The translations under genes and the position numbers were made by a program. A stretch of DNA of 64,000 nt from Macrostomum lignano (lineage: Eukaryota): assembly GCA_002269645.1 (NCBI GenBank), contig NIVC01002362.1:62001-126000 (forward strand). The letters are read 5' to 3'. Under the pieces are notes generated by a model. It had not been told where the DNA came from and did not search any database. It saw only the letters and a list, made by a program, of their open reading frames with translations. Below are positions 48,933 through 62,239 of this stretch, piece after piece. Numbering within the stretch: position 1 is the first letter of the stretch; the number at the start of each line of letters is the position of its first letter.

Positions 48933-50670
48933 TTACATCAGCGCACATCGTCTACCGCGTTTCTTGCTTGCGACTGTCTTTGGCGGCTCCAACACTGCCA
49001 GTAAGGCCTCGTCAAACACCTGCTTGAGGTTGTCCTGAAATCAAAGATTAACGGTTTTAGTGTCTGTGTAAACACAAAGCGGTGTTGTGTCTGTGTAAAC
49101 ACAAAGCGGTGTTGTGTCTGTGTAAACACAAAGCGGTATTGTGTCTGTGTAAACACAAAGCGGTGTTGTGTCTGTGTAAACACAAAGCGGTGTTGTGTCT
49201 GTGTAAACACAAAGCGATGTTGTGTCTGTGTAAACAAAAAGCGGTGTTGTGTCTATGTAAACACAAAGCGGTGTTGTGTCTATGTAAACACAAAGCGGTG
49301 TTGTGTCTGTGTAAACACAAAGCTGTGTGATGTCTGTGTAAACACAAAGCTGTGTGATGTCTGTGTAACCACAAAGCTGTGTGATGTCTGTGTAACCACA
49401 AAGCTGTGTGATGTCTGTGTAACCACAAAGCTGTGTGATGTCTGTGTAAACACAAAGCTGTGTGATGTCTGTGTAAACTCAAAGCTGTGTGATGTCTGTG
49501 TAAACACAAAGCTGTGTGATGTCTGTGTAAATACAAAGCTGTGTGATGTGTCTGTGTAAACACAAAGCTGTGCGATGTCTGTGTAAACACAAAGCTGTGT
49601 GATGTCTGTGTAAACACAAAGCTGTGTTATGTCTGTGTAAACACCAAGCTCTATGATGGGGTGTTCATTGGCAGTCCATTGTGGAGCCCTCACCCGGACC
49701 TCACCATGGTCAGAGCGCTGCACTCCACGTAGGCTGCGGCTCCCATGCTGCGGGCCAGCCGCTGCCCGACCTCCGTCGGCACCGGCTTCTGTCGCGACCG
49801 AGCCAGCCAGTCCAAAGTTCGCCTGTCCGCTCGGAGGTCGCTCTGCGTGCCGACCAGTAGGAATGGCGCGTTGGGACAGGCCCGAGTCACCTCCGGGATC
49901 CACAGCTGGCGAGCGTTCTCCAGCGATGTCGGGTTCACTATGGAGAAGCAGACTAGGAACACATCTGTGCCAGGGTAGGACAGGTCCCGGAGCATCTCGT
50001 ATTCCTCCTGTGGTTGGAGTGGCAAGGGGTTGATAAGTTAGGGTATATGATGGGAAGCATCGTAGCTTACTCAACCCAAGGACTACTTATTAACAGCTGA
50101 CACTCATGTCTCACAGGTGACGCTATCCTGTCTAACAGGTGACACTATCTTGTCTAACAGGTGACGCTATCCTGTCTAACAGGTGACACACATGTCTAAC
50201 AGGTGACACTATCCTGTCTAACAGGTGACACTGCCCTGTCTAAACAGGTGACACTATCCTGTCTAACAGGTGACACTGCCCTGTCTAACAGGTGACACTG
50301 CCCTGTCTAACAGGTGACACTCTTGTCTAACAGGTGACACTGCCTTGTCTAACAGATGACACTGCCCTGTCTAACAGGTGACACTGCCCTGTCTAATAGG
50401 TGACACTCTTGTCTAACAGGTGACACTGCCCTGTTTAACAATAATACGTTATAGAGTTGCATTCTCAACAGCGCTCACCTGTCCAGCAGTGTCGAACAGG
50501 CCTAGCGTGTGCTGCGTGTCCCCGATCCGCACGCTGACCGCATAGGTATCAAATACGGTTGGCACGTAGCCAGGAGGGAACCGACCCTGCGCGTAGGAGA
50601 TTAACAGGCAGGTTTTTCCTACCGCGCCATCGCCAACAGCCACGCACTTGATGACCTCCTTCTGCGACAT
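48933..50670 (-). CDS. Divergent Cdc42-like Rho GTPase, complement join(50479..50670,49705..50007,48933..49034), 198 aa, C-terminus [10 protein letters not shown]
   Basis: [28 protein letters not shown]|[32 protein letters not shown] and a CAAX box. Both introns are GT-AG and phase 0. Confidence 0.92.
49061..49645. repeat. Minisatellite, 27-bp unit, in intron 2 of the Cdc42-like gene
   Basis: gtctgtgtaaacacaaagc(ggtgttgt/tgtgtgat) repeated. Confidence 0.95.
50110..50437. repeat. Minisatellite, about 22-bp unit, in intron 1 of the Cdc42-like gene
   Basis: ctaacaggtgacactgccctgt repeated. Confidence 0.93.
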
Positions 50671-50997
50671 GCTTTTTGTATTGCGTGGCATACAAGTGAG
50701 ATTAGGAGACAAGAAATACACTTCAGGTTAGGGACTAAGAATATTTATAGAGAGACAACAGAAGTTTCAATTTCTAAATATAATTTAAGCTATAATTAGT
50801 TGACGCTAAAATTATCACAAGCGTACTGAGATTCTCCATTTCTGCTGTACGTTGCACGAGTAAGAGCCTACGGTTACTTGTTGAGACTCGAGTGAGTAAT
50901 TTTTGTGCTATTTTTAGATACACGTACCGTGCTCAGTACAGCTGAAAACTGAAACTCAACCAATGAGTTAATCTAATGCATCAAAAAGGACTTGAGT

Positions 50998-51484
50998 TCA
51001 GTCAAAGGAAAAAAAGCACTGGCACAGGACTCGATCCGTGGCATAATGACTCAGAAAGTTCGGAGAGTCCGGCATTGCTATGCCTTGCGATAACGCCCTC
51101 GGTGCAGAGTACAGCTTGTACTTCACTCCGCACAGGTGCATGCCGTAGCCAGACGGACACAGGCGCCCGGCTCGAATCCCGGCCGCTGCTTGACAAACAC
51201 TCAGCCTCTCCTGGAGCAGCCGCAGCTCCTCACCGACTTGCTGCACTTGTCGAACACGAACAGCTGGCACGGACCGTCAGCCAAGCTGAACGCCTGACAA
51301 CGCTGCTTTCTAGAGCACAGAGCAGCACAGGCCATCCTTCTGACCACGAATCGATGAATTCGGCACTGATGCAGAGGCTGCCGTCAATGTGGTTGTACTG
51401 CTGCTGACTTGCGCTGGAGAGTTCGAGTTTGTGACTCACGACAAACATGAGCACAACAGTCAAAGCGGTTACCAGCTCGCTCAT
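50998..51484 (-). pseudogene. Frameshifted secreted PAN/apple-like protein with a possible C-type-lectin-like start
   Basis: Signal-peptide-like MSELVTALTVVLMFVV and ..VLLCALE in one frame; KQRCQAFSLADGPCQLFVF in a second frame; EELRLLQERL..LCPSGYGMHLCGVKYKLY in a third frame. Confidence 0.45.
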
Positions 51485-51533
51485 TTTCAATGTCTGCTTT
51501 GAAAGAGTTGAGAGTGTGGTTGCTGCTTTATTG

Positions 51534-51658
51534 AAAGGGCCAGTCAAGTTAAGCTCATAAAGTGGAGCCCGAGTAACCTATGCACACAAATGATGCGTCA
51601 TTCTGCTCACAGTGACACTAGGATTACCACTTTATGAGCTTAAGTTGACTGGCCCTTT
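51534..51658. mobile_element. MITE of about 125 bp with 32-bp TIRs, Kolobok-like (TTAA|AG...CT|TTAA) geometry
   Basis: aaagggccagtcaagttaagctcataaagtgg ... ccactttatgagcttaagttgactggcccttt (1 mismatch). The right flank is TTAA and the left flank is TGAA. Confidence 0.7.
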
Positions 51659-52529
51659 AAATATTTGTTAACTCCGGGACTGAAAAGTGTTGCTGACAGG
51701 CAGTTCTCAACAAGGCCAAATGGCATATGCTTTACTCTTACCCCATTCTGCAAATGTTTCATCCATTTTCAAGCGCCGGACACTAAGCTGCGTTAAAATT
51801 TGCTTTTATCTATAGAGGAAATCTGTTTCTCCAGGACAGCTTGTTATGATGAAATGACAGACACCATCAGCTAGCAGTGTCGTGTCAGCTCTTGCTGTGG
51901 CTGCAGTCCCTTAGACTGGATTCCTTCCCCCAGTTGGGGGATACCAAATAAAACAGCCGGAAGTAAAGCTCCGGACCAAACTGCATGACTCTGATCACTC
52001 TGGGACTTGCCATTCCAGGTACTTTGTTGGCTCCTAGGAGATTATACGTAATAGGATAAAATGTGGTTTTGAATTCAGCAAGGATCGCTCAGACTTTGTT
52101 ACCAGGCTGAGTAACAAACAGGCTGAGGATGCTATTGTTACTAATTGGTGTCGCAGCCACTTTATGACGTGTTTTGCTGCGAATTCCAGGACGGGGTAGT
52201 TTGAGGTTTCTTGTCAACTGGTCGGGCTTGTTGAGCGGGCCGGAATGCTATTGTGAAATTTCAAAGGACCGAGGGGGCCGCATGGGTGAGGTACCAGTAT
52301 GTGCCGTCTGCATGGCCAGAGACATGGCTTTTTCCAGAGACAAATGTCACTACAAAATGATTTCTCCCCGGTTGGCACCTTTTGTAGCTTAGAGGAGGAA
52401 GCAGCGGCGCCGGAACGAAGCGCAGAAACGCCAATTTGGGCACCTGCCGGGTGAAGATCGCAGATGCATCTCTAGCGAGCTCTTCTGCGTGTAATTGCGT
52501 TGCAGCTTTAAAATAGAAGATCCATTGGG

Positions 52530-52890
52530 CATTTTTTTATTAGAGGCAGGGGGGTTGTGTGCACCCTGGCGCACTTTAAGCGACATAGGCACACAACCGG
52601 CGAGAGGCATTGCTGCCCATTCCGCCGACTCCCCTGAGCAGGCAGACAAGCGCGCGGATACGTACGCAGGCACACACTCACACAGGAGTGTACAGCGGCC
52701 CTAACTTTATATTATCGTTAGGCATGTACACTTCACTGCGCCTTGGGGGGTTGGCTCTCAAGGCCGTTAATTGCACGAGCAGAGCCAAGCCGAGATTCCA
52801 ATTCAGCCCCAAATTAATGTGACTGCACTTGGAATCGAGCCTGGGTCGCTGACACACCAGAGCCTGCGCTACCGCTGGGCTACGGCCCCC
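52530..52890 (-). mobile_element. SINE family B, most complete copy
   Basis: The - strand reads ggggccgtagcccagcggt (A box) ... ggctcgattcc (B box), then the body and a poly-A tail. Confidence 0.85.
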
Positions 52891-52994
52891 TATCCATTGG
52901 GCATAGCAGCTCATGTAACTCATAATAACAATGACTAGCTGGAAAGTTATAAAAGGACTGGCCACTGGCCATTGAAGCTGGACTCCAGAAGCTG

Positions 52995-53560
52995 ACGCAC
53001 CTGTCTAACAGGTGACACTCCAATCTAAAAGCTGACACTCCTGAACTCCTAAATAACAGGTGACACTCCTATCTAACAGGTGACACTCCTGTCTAACAGG
53101 TGACACTCCTATCTAACAGGTGACACTCCTGTCTAACAGGTGACACTCCTATCTAACAGGTGACACTCCTGTCTAACAGTTGACACTCCTATCTAACAGG
53201 TGACACTCCTATCTAACAGGTGACACTCCTGTCTAACAGCTGACACTCCTGAATAACAGGTGACACTCCTATCTAACAGGTGACACTCCTATCTAACAGG
53301 TGACACTCCTATCTAACAGGTGACACTATCTTGTCTAACAGCTGACACTCCTGAATAACAGGTGACACTCCTATCTAACAGGTGACACTCCTATCTAACA
53401 GGTGACACTCCTATCTAACAGGTGACACTATCCTGTCTGACAGGTGACACTATCCTGTCTAACAGGTGACACTATCCTGTCTGACAGGTGACACTATCCT
53501 GTCTAACAGGTGACACTATCCTGTCTGACAGGTGACACTATCCTGTCTGACAGGTGGCAC
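52995..53560. repeat. Minisatellite, 20-22-bp unit
   Basis: ctaacaggtgacactcctat / ctaacaggtgacactatcctgt repeated. Confidence 0.93.
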
Positions 53561-53990
53561 TCTAATATGAAGCTTGACTACCACCCAATCGCTTCTCAAA
53601 AAGATGCAATCATTCGAATTCCAGGCTGCCTGTCAAATGTGAGTTCATTCACAGTTTATCGCACACAATATAGGGCGCCTCAGCTAATGCAGTAAGAAGA
53701 TATTGACAGGATTGACAAAATTAAGTTCAGCTAATGTGGTTGGCCACCCTTTCCTGTTATTGGCATGTTGCTTTTCCTGAAAGCGTAAAAGCTTTCTCTT
53801 AAATGTGTTAAATTGACGACCAACTAAGCAATCCTGATGCTCTCTACAGGAAGTTGAAACTGCCAGTCATTATAAACTTCAAAGAGACTTTTGGGGATTT
53901 AAAGCCATGCATAAAAAACCTTCAAGCTGAGATTTTGTCAACAAAGCAAATTCGCCAGTGAGTGATCGAGTACCCAGCTAAGCAACCGAA

Positions 53991-55949
53991 ATGCACCCGG
54001 CAACCATTGCTTTGTGGGTCCTGCTGACATCCGTGGCGGTGGCTGAGCAGCAGTACTTGTACACCTCGGTCCAGGCGGCCTGGGGCAGCAGTGACGGCAA
54101 GCCGACAATAGCGGAGCCGATCTTCACTGTAATTTCCGCCCGTTCCGAAATTGAGTGCGCAACCGAGTGCGAGCTGACGGCCGCCGACTGCTTCGCCGTC
54201 GCCTGGTGTCCCCCGAACCGGTGCCGGCTGCTGCGTGGTCACCATGGCGACGATGCTGACGATCACCACACCAACTCGGCCTTGACTGCGGCCGGCTGCA
54301 AGATGCTGGCGCTCACAAGTCGCCGCCGAAGTGAGCAGTTTGGTCTTGCACGTGTAGCTGTGTAGAATTGGACTCGCATTCATTCGAGGCTTGTGCACGA
54401 GAATTGACACAGGGGATTGTCGTACAATTCACATTGATGAGGGCCAACCCCCAAGGCACAGAGAGTGTGCATGTGCATGTGCTTGTAGGAGTCGTAGTAT
54501 TCGCAGTTTTCCACAGCGAAAAATTCCATGTTTAGTCTCCTTCGTGCTGATACTTGTGGCGTCAATTTGGGGGCCAACTCTGACTGATTTCTCTACCCTA
54601 AACTGAACACCATTCTCCCTGACAGCCAGCGGTGGCTGGTGCCCCTGGACTCTCTGGTCCGCCTGGTCGGCTGCCTGCCCGGCTGCTCACCGCAGGCGCA
54701 ATCGTCTCTGCCGATGCTCTCAACCGCAGTCACCTGCCGGCAGTTGCGAGGGCAGCTCGCCTGGTGCTGGCGGAGAGAACCAGCTGGATGAGCAGTTTCT
54801 GGGCTGGTGCGCATGGTCCGGCTGGAGCGGCTGGAGCTCGGGTGAGCAGACGCTAGATGAGTCAGTAAGATAAACCTGCGCTCCTAGAAGTTCAATGCGC
54901 TTAAACACGAATCCTTATCCGAGTTTCATTCCCACGGGGTGACGGATCCTGAGTTTTATTTCCTCAGGGTGACGGATCCTCGGAATTGCATTTCCCCAGA
55001 GTGACGGATCCTCGGAGTTGCATTTCCTCAGAGTGACGGATCCTCGGAGTTTTATTTCCTCAATGACGAATCCTCGGAGTTTCATTTCCTCAGAGTGACG
55101 AATCCTCGTAGTTTCATTTCCTCAGAGTGACGGATCCTCGGAGTTTCATTTCCTCAGAGTGACGGATCCCCGGAATTTAATTTCTACAGGGGTCTAAACC
55201 TCGGAGTTTCGTTTCCACGTGTTTAATGATGTCTAATACGCTAGGTTCAAACTGCCTCATAATCGCCCCTCAGACGACTTCACCATGCTCGTTCTGGTCC
55301 ACAAAATCGCGTCGCATGGTTCCTGTCCCTCTCCATATACTCGTACTTGTACCGCGCATCAGGTTCGCTTAAAAAACTACGAGGCCCAAACATCCCGCCA
55401 CTAGCATCACACAATAAACCCCAGCAAAATCGACTTCTGATCTTTAAAACTACATGTAGTCCCCAAGGCGGTTTTCATTTCAACTGCATCCACATGCAAG
55501 TTGATACGAAGTCCTAACTTTATATCCTCCCTATCCCTGGGCACTTCAAAAATGGACCAGTATGATACTTCTCTGCCTTTTTAGTAGATTCTTGCAACAA
55601 AAATTCAAGCGATAGCCCAAAAACCGCAAAGATTATATTATCATCTGAACTGCTTCAACAAGGCTGCAACGTGAACCAGGAGCGAAGCAGATCGAGAGCC
55701 TGCGGCTGCCTCGTAGCCTCGGTGCCCGCACCATCGACAGCATCCTGGCAGAAGCAGGCCCGCTTCATGGGCTGGTGTGGTTGGACGTTCTGGACCGGTT
55801 GGTCCAACGGTTACCAAGGCGACTGCTTCCACACTCACTATCAAAGAAAAAGGGAGCGAACCCGCGACTGCGCCTGCATTGTGGCCTACTCGGTGAACCC
55901 GTCCTCGAGTAGCAGGGAGATGCAGGAGACCGGCTGTATCTTCGGCTGA
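53991..55949 (+). CDS. Secreted protein: signal peptide + PAN/apple domain + three short TSP1-like repeats, join(53991..54330,54626..54841,55663..55949), about 280 aa
   Basis: MHPATIALWVLLTSVAVA; SEIECATECELTAADCFAVAWCPPNRCRLL (PAN Cys pattern); WCPWTLWSAWS..RRRNRLCRC, WCAWSGWSGWSS|GC..RSRSRACGC and WCGWTFWTGWS..RKRERTRDCAC. Two phase-1 introns restore the frame. Confidence 0.8.
54935..55205. repeat. Minisatellite, 32-bp unit, about 8 copies, in an intron
   Basis: gagtgacggatcctcggagtttcatttcctca repeated. Confidence 0.9.
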
Positions 55950-57551
55950 CTCTAGACTGAGTAAAGTGGGACTCTGCTATACTAGCTATTGTGAAGCCGG
56001 ACTGGAACGGAGCAACACAAGCACACGAAATCACTGTGACGATTTATCCGGCAGACTCAAAAATGACTAAAGAAGACAAACACGGCAGAGGCAAATTTTG
56101 TAGCGGTAGCACTTGATGATAGTAACGACTGAGATGCGGGCGATGGCCGCAGTCTTTATTTATTGTGACCGTATGAGAGGATAGTTAGGCTTGCTACTAT
56201 CAATTCCGTCTGGGTGGTCAACAGAGATAGGTCATAGTACTTGCTGAATCCGTAAGAAATGCACCGGGCGACTACGCAACAATAATATAGATGGTAGACG
56301 ATGGAGTGAGTCAATGAGCCTGAGGCAATGGTGACGATGTGATGGCGGTGAACGTGTGGTGGCGGTGCTCGTAGCGAGAGCTCGTACAGACAGTAGAGGT
56401 GGCGTGACTGAGACTTGGCAGAGGCGTGGTTTAGAACCGAGGCGGAGCGAGGCGGAGAGAGAAGGCAAGCAAACAAGGAGTGCCGGGGTGGCAAGGGTCT
56501 AAGGGGTCTAAGGGCGGGCTAACCCCGAGCGCCCCAGCCAGACAGGACTGATGAGCAGGCTGGGGTGGGTGCCCGCGGAGAACTTAATTTCGGGCTAACA
56601 ATTTATGCGCGGCTTTTCTATTGGCCGGCGAGAAAAACAGAAATTATCGATCGCCTTCTGTACTTAGGCTTTACAAACATAACGCAAGTTGTTTAAAATT
56701 CTTTGTGCACTACTTTAAGCAGACGTGAGAGTACGAGACCATTAAATTAACAATATTATAACGTTAGATTGGTTACCGTATGCTAAAACGGCCCTTGACG
56801 GGGCTAATTAAATTGGCGTCACAATCACCTGGTGTCACCCATTGAAGGAGCCGACAGCGTCCATGGATGACGATGGAATGCTTGAGAGACTAGCTAAGGA
56901 TATCTAGCAGTTGATGCTGGCCTAGCGTAATCTGCAATAAGAGTGTCCATAGTCCCCTGGTGCCACCTGTTGAATGTCCAAAAGCTCCGCCTAGGTGAAC
57001 GCCAGTGACCATTGAAGTCAGACCTGATGCAGACACATACGGTTGACGTGCTGATAAAATCTGGAGGCTTGGCAAAGCTGCACTGAGGCGCAGTGCTGAT
57101 TGGCGCACAGGGTCTGGCGAATTGAGTCTTGTTTGAGAAGGTGCGCAACAAAATTTAGCCAGTGTTCTTGAATTTCGTGTGCTTAAGTTGCTCTGTTCAG
57201 GCGCAGAAAAAATGTTAGGGGGGACTACTCCCTGGTACATTAGTTCTACATTTTATGCTAAGAGTCACAGAATCACACGACTGAACTTACCCAATTTACT
57301 TAATTATAGTATACTCGTAGATAGACATTTTGTGAACACTAAGCTTATTTATTCATCTTTTCTATGTATGGTAACAAATCGCCCAACCCAATCTCCCAGA
57401 AAAACAAATACCAGGTAAGAAGAGAACTCTTCAAAAATAAGTTTTGCATAACGTCTCATAACTGACGTCATCATATTTATAAAAGTTTACTGCAATTATA
57501 AGCCAGCTTTTTTATTTTGCAACTCAAAATCAATATAGCGTTTCCCCGAGC

Positions 57552-57626
57552 CTGGCTTTTTATTGTCTATGGCCCAAAGGACTGCAGCACAGACCTCCTT
57601 TCAGGCCATAGACAATAAAAAGCCAG
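57552..57626. other. Perfect 23-bp inverted repeat with a 29-nt loop (hairpin)
   Basis: ctggctttttattgtctatggcc ... ggccatagacaataaaaagccag. Confidence 0.85.
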
Positions 57627-58139
57627 CCTTCAATTGCTGGATTATCCCGCTGGGGAATTCAACTGATCGAATTCTGATGCTATTGAAACAGCTGAGTAAA
57701 TAAAATACTCGTAAGTATATAGACATTTGTGAGCATTCACTAAGCATTATTGAACGATAAAAAAACTATTTAATCAAAACAGTTAAAAAATTATTGAAAG
57801 CGGCTCTCCAGGAAGCGAGTGTTGGTTAAAAATGTAGCTCAACAGAGACACAGATATAACAAACGGAAGGCACTGGATGCGTGATGATCAGAGCTGATTA
57901 TTATAATGAGATTTAGTGCACCGTTACTGGAAGTTATAAAAACTGCGGCCAATTGACAGAAAGTGGGGTAGTAAATCACTGTTCTAGTAATGCTTAGTTT
58001 ACACTTGAAAATTTGTCTCCTTTGTCTAGTGCAGGTGAAATTCGTAAAAGTTCTCGCTTAAATTCAATCCATAAGACGGGTTAGCTGGTGAAGCTGTTTG
58101 AAGAAACAGATAGACAAAATAGGCACTTAGTAGTTTTCT

Positions 58140-58905
58140 CGTAGACAACTAGTAAATATCTGGTAGATAACCAGTGGCTATCTGGTAGACAACTGGTAAC
58201 AATCTGGTAGATAACAGGTAGCTGGTAGCTATCTGGTAGACAAACTGGTAGTTATCTGGTAGACAATGGGTAGCTATCTGGTAGACAAACTGGTAGCCAT
58301 CTGGTAGACAATTGGTAGCTAGCTGGTAGACAACTGGTAACAATCTGGTAGATAACAGGTAGTTGGTAGCTATCTGGTTGACAAACTAGTAGCCATCTGG
58401 TAGACAATGGGTAGCTATCTGGTAGACAAACTAGTAGCCATCTGGTAGACAATTGGTAGCTAGCTGGTAGACAAACTGATAGTTACCTGGTAGACAATTG
58501 GTAGCTATCTGGTAGACAATGGGTAGCTAGCTGGTAGACAAACTGGTAGCTATCTGGTAGACAATGGGTAGCTAGCTGGTAGACAAACTGGTAGCTATCT
58601 GGTAGACAATGGGTAGCTAGCTGGTAGACAAACTGGTAGCTATCTGGTAGACAATTGGTAGCTAGCTGGTAGACAAACTGGTAGTTATCTGGAAGACAAA
58701 CTGGTAGCTATCTGGTAGACAAACTGGTAGCTATCTGGTAGACAAACTGGTAGCTATCTGGTAGACAAACTGGTAGCTATCTGGTAGACAAACTGGTAGC
58801 TATCTGATAGACAAACTGGAAGACAAACTGGTAGCTATCTGGTAGACAAACTGGTAGACAAACTGGTAGCCATCTGGTAGACAAACTGGTAGCTATCTGG
58901 TAGTT
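58140..58905. repeat. Minisatellite, about 23-bp variable unit
   Basis: tctggtagacaaactggtagcta repeated. Confidence 0.93.
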
Positions 58906-59395
58906 AAACAAATCAAGCCTGTGTTTGGCTTTTATCACAATTTTATTGTCAATAATGTAAATAAATGTATTGATAAAAATAGATTAATTTAAATATTAAA
59001 TTTCGTGTTTCTTGATTAAGATTTCAACGTACAGGGCGACACAGGTAAGCAAATAAAGAGTTTAGCAATCACTAAAACGTTTACATAATGCTGAGAATGC
59101 AAATGACAAATGAATAGAGAGAAATAGCATTAATAAAACAAGCAACAAACTTAAAATCGGCTTGAACTCCAGAGACAAAAAAAACAATTTAACAGCTCTT
59201 GTCATTCTCATGGCATTATTATGTTGACCATTAAAATTTTCACTAAAGCAATGACGTCACAGAAAAATCGATATGAAATATTATACAGAACACTCGAACG
59301 CCCGTTTTCATAATGCTTATTATTTAAGTCTCGAATGATTTCAATCGCAAATTAGTCAGTCTTGAGCATGGTCTCAATAAGCAGGGCGAAGCTGC

Positions 59396-61843
<2,448 letters not shown>

Positions 61844-62239
61844 TTAATAACTTTCTTCAGATTTGAAATTGAGCTCAAGCTAGAAAATTAGACTGGCTTA
61901 TTTAGGCTCACAACTGAAGCTGCAATTGAGTTCACCCACTGTATTATATCAAAACTGTGCTTAAGATTTTAGTTTCATGTTCTAAAAATAGAACATCGTT
62001 GCGTAGCAGAGAGGCTTCGATTCAGTTACTAATTTTAGCAACAGTTTATATCAGGTGGGCTGCCTTTGAAGCGGAAAAAGATTGCAATTTCCTGTTAGAA
62101 CAGAAACGTAAAAGTAAGTAGATGAACAAGAATCTAGAGCTTTAATCTTGCTAGCAGCCACAAGCAAAAATATAAAACTGTTTTATTGTTTTATGAGCAT
62201 GACAATAGGTACCACTGGTACCAGTCAGAAAATTAACCT

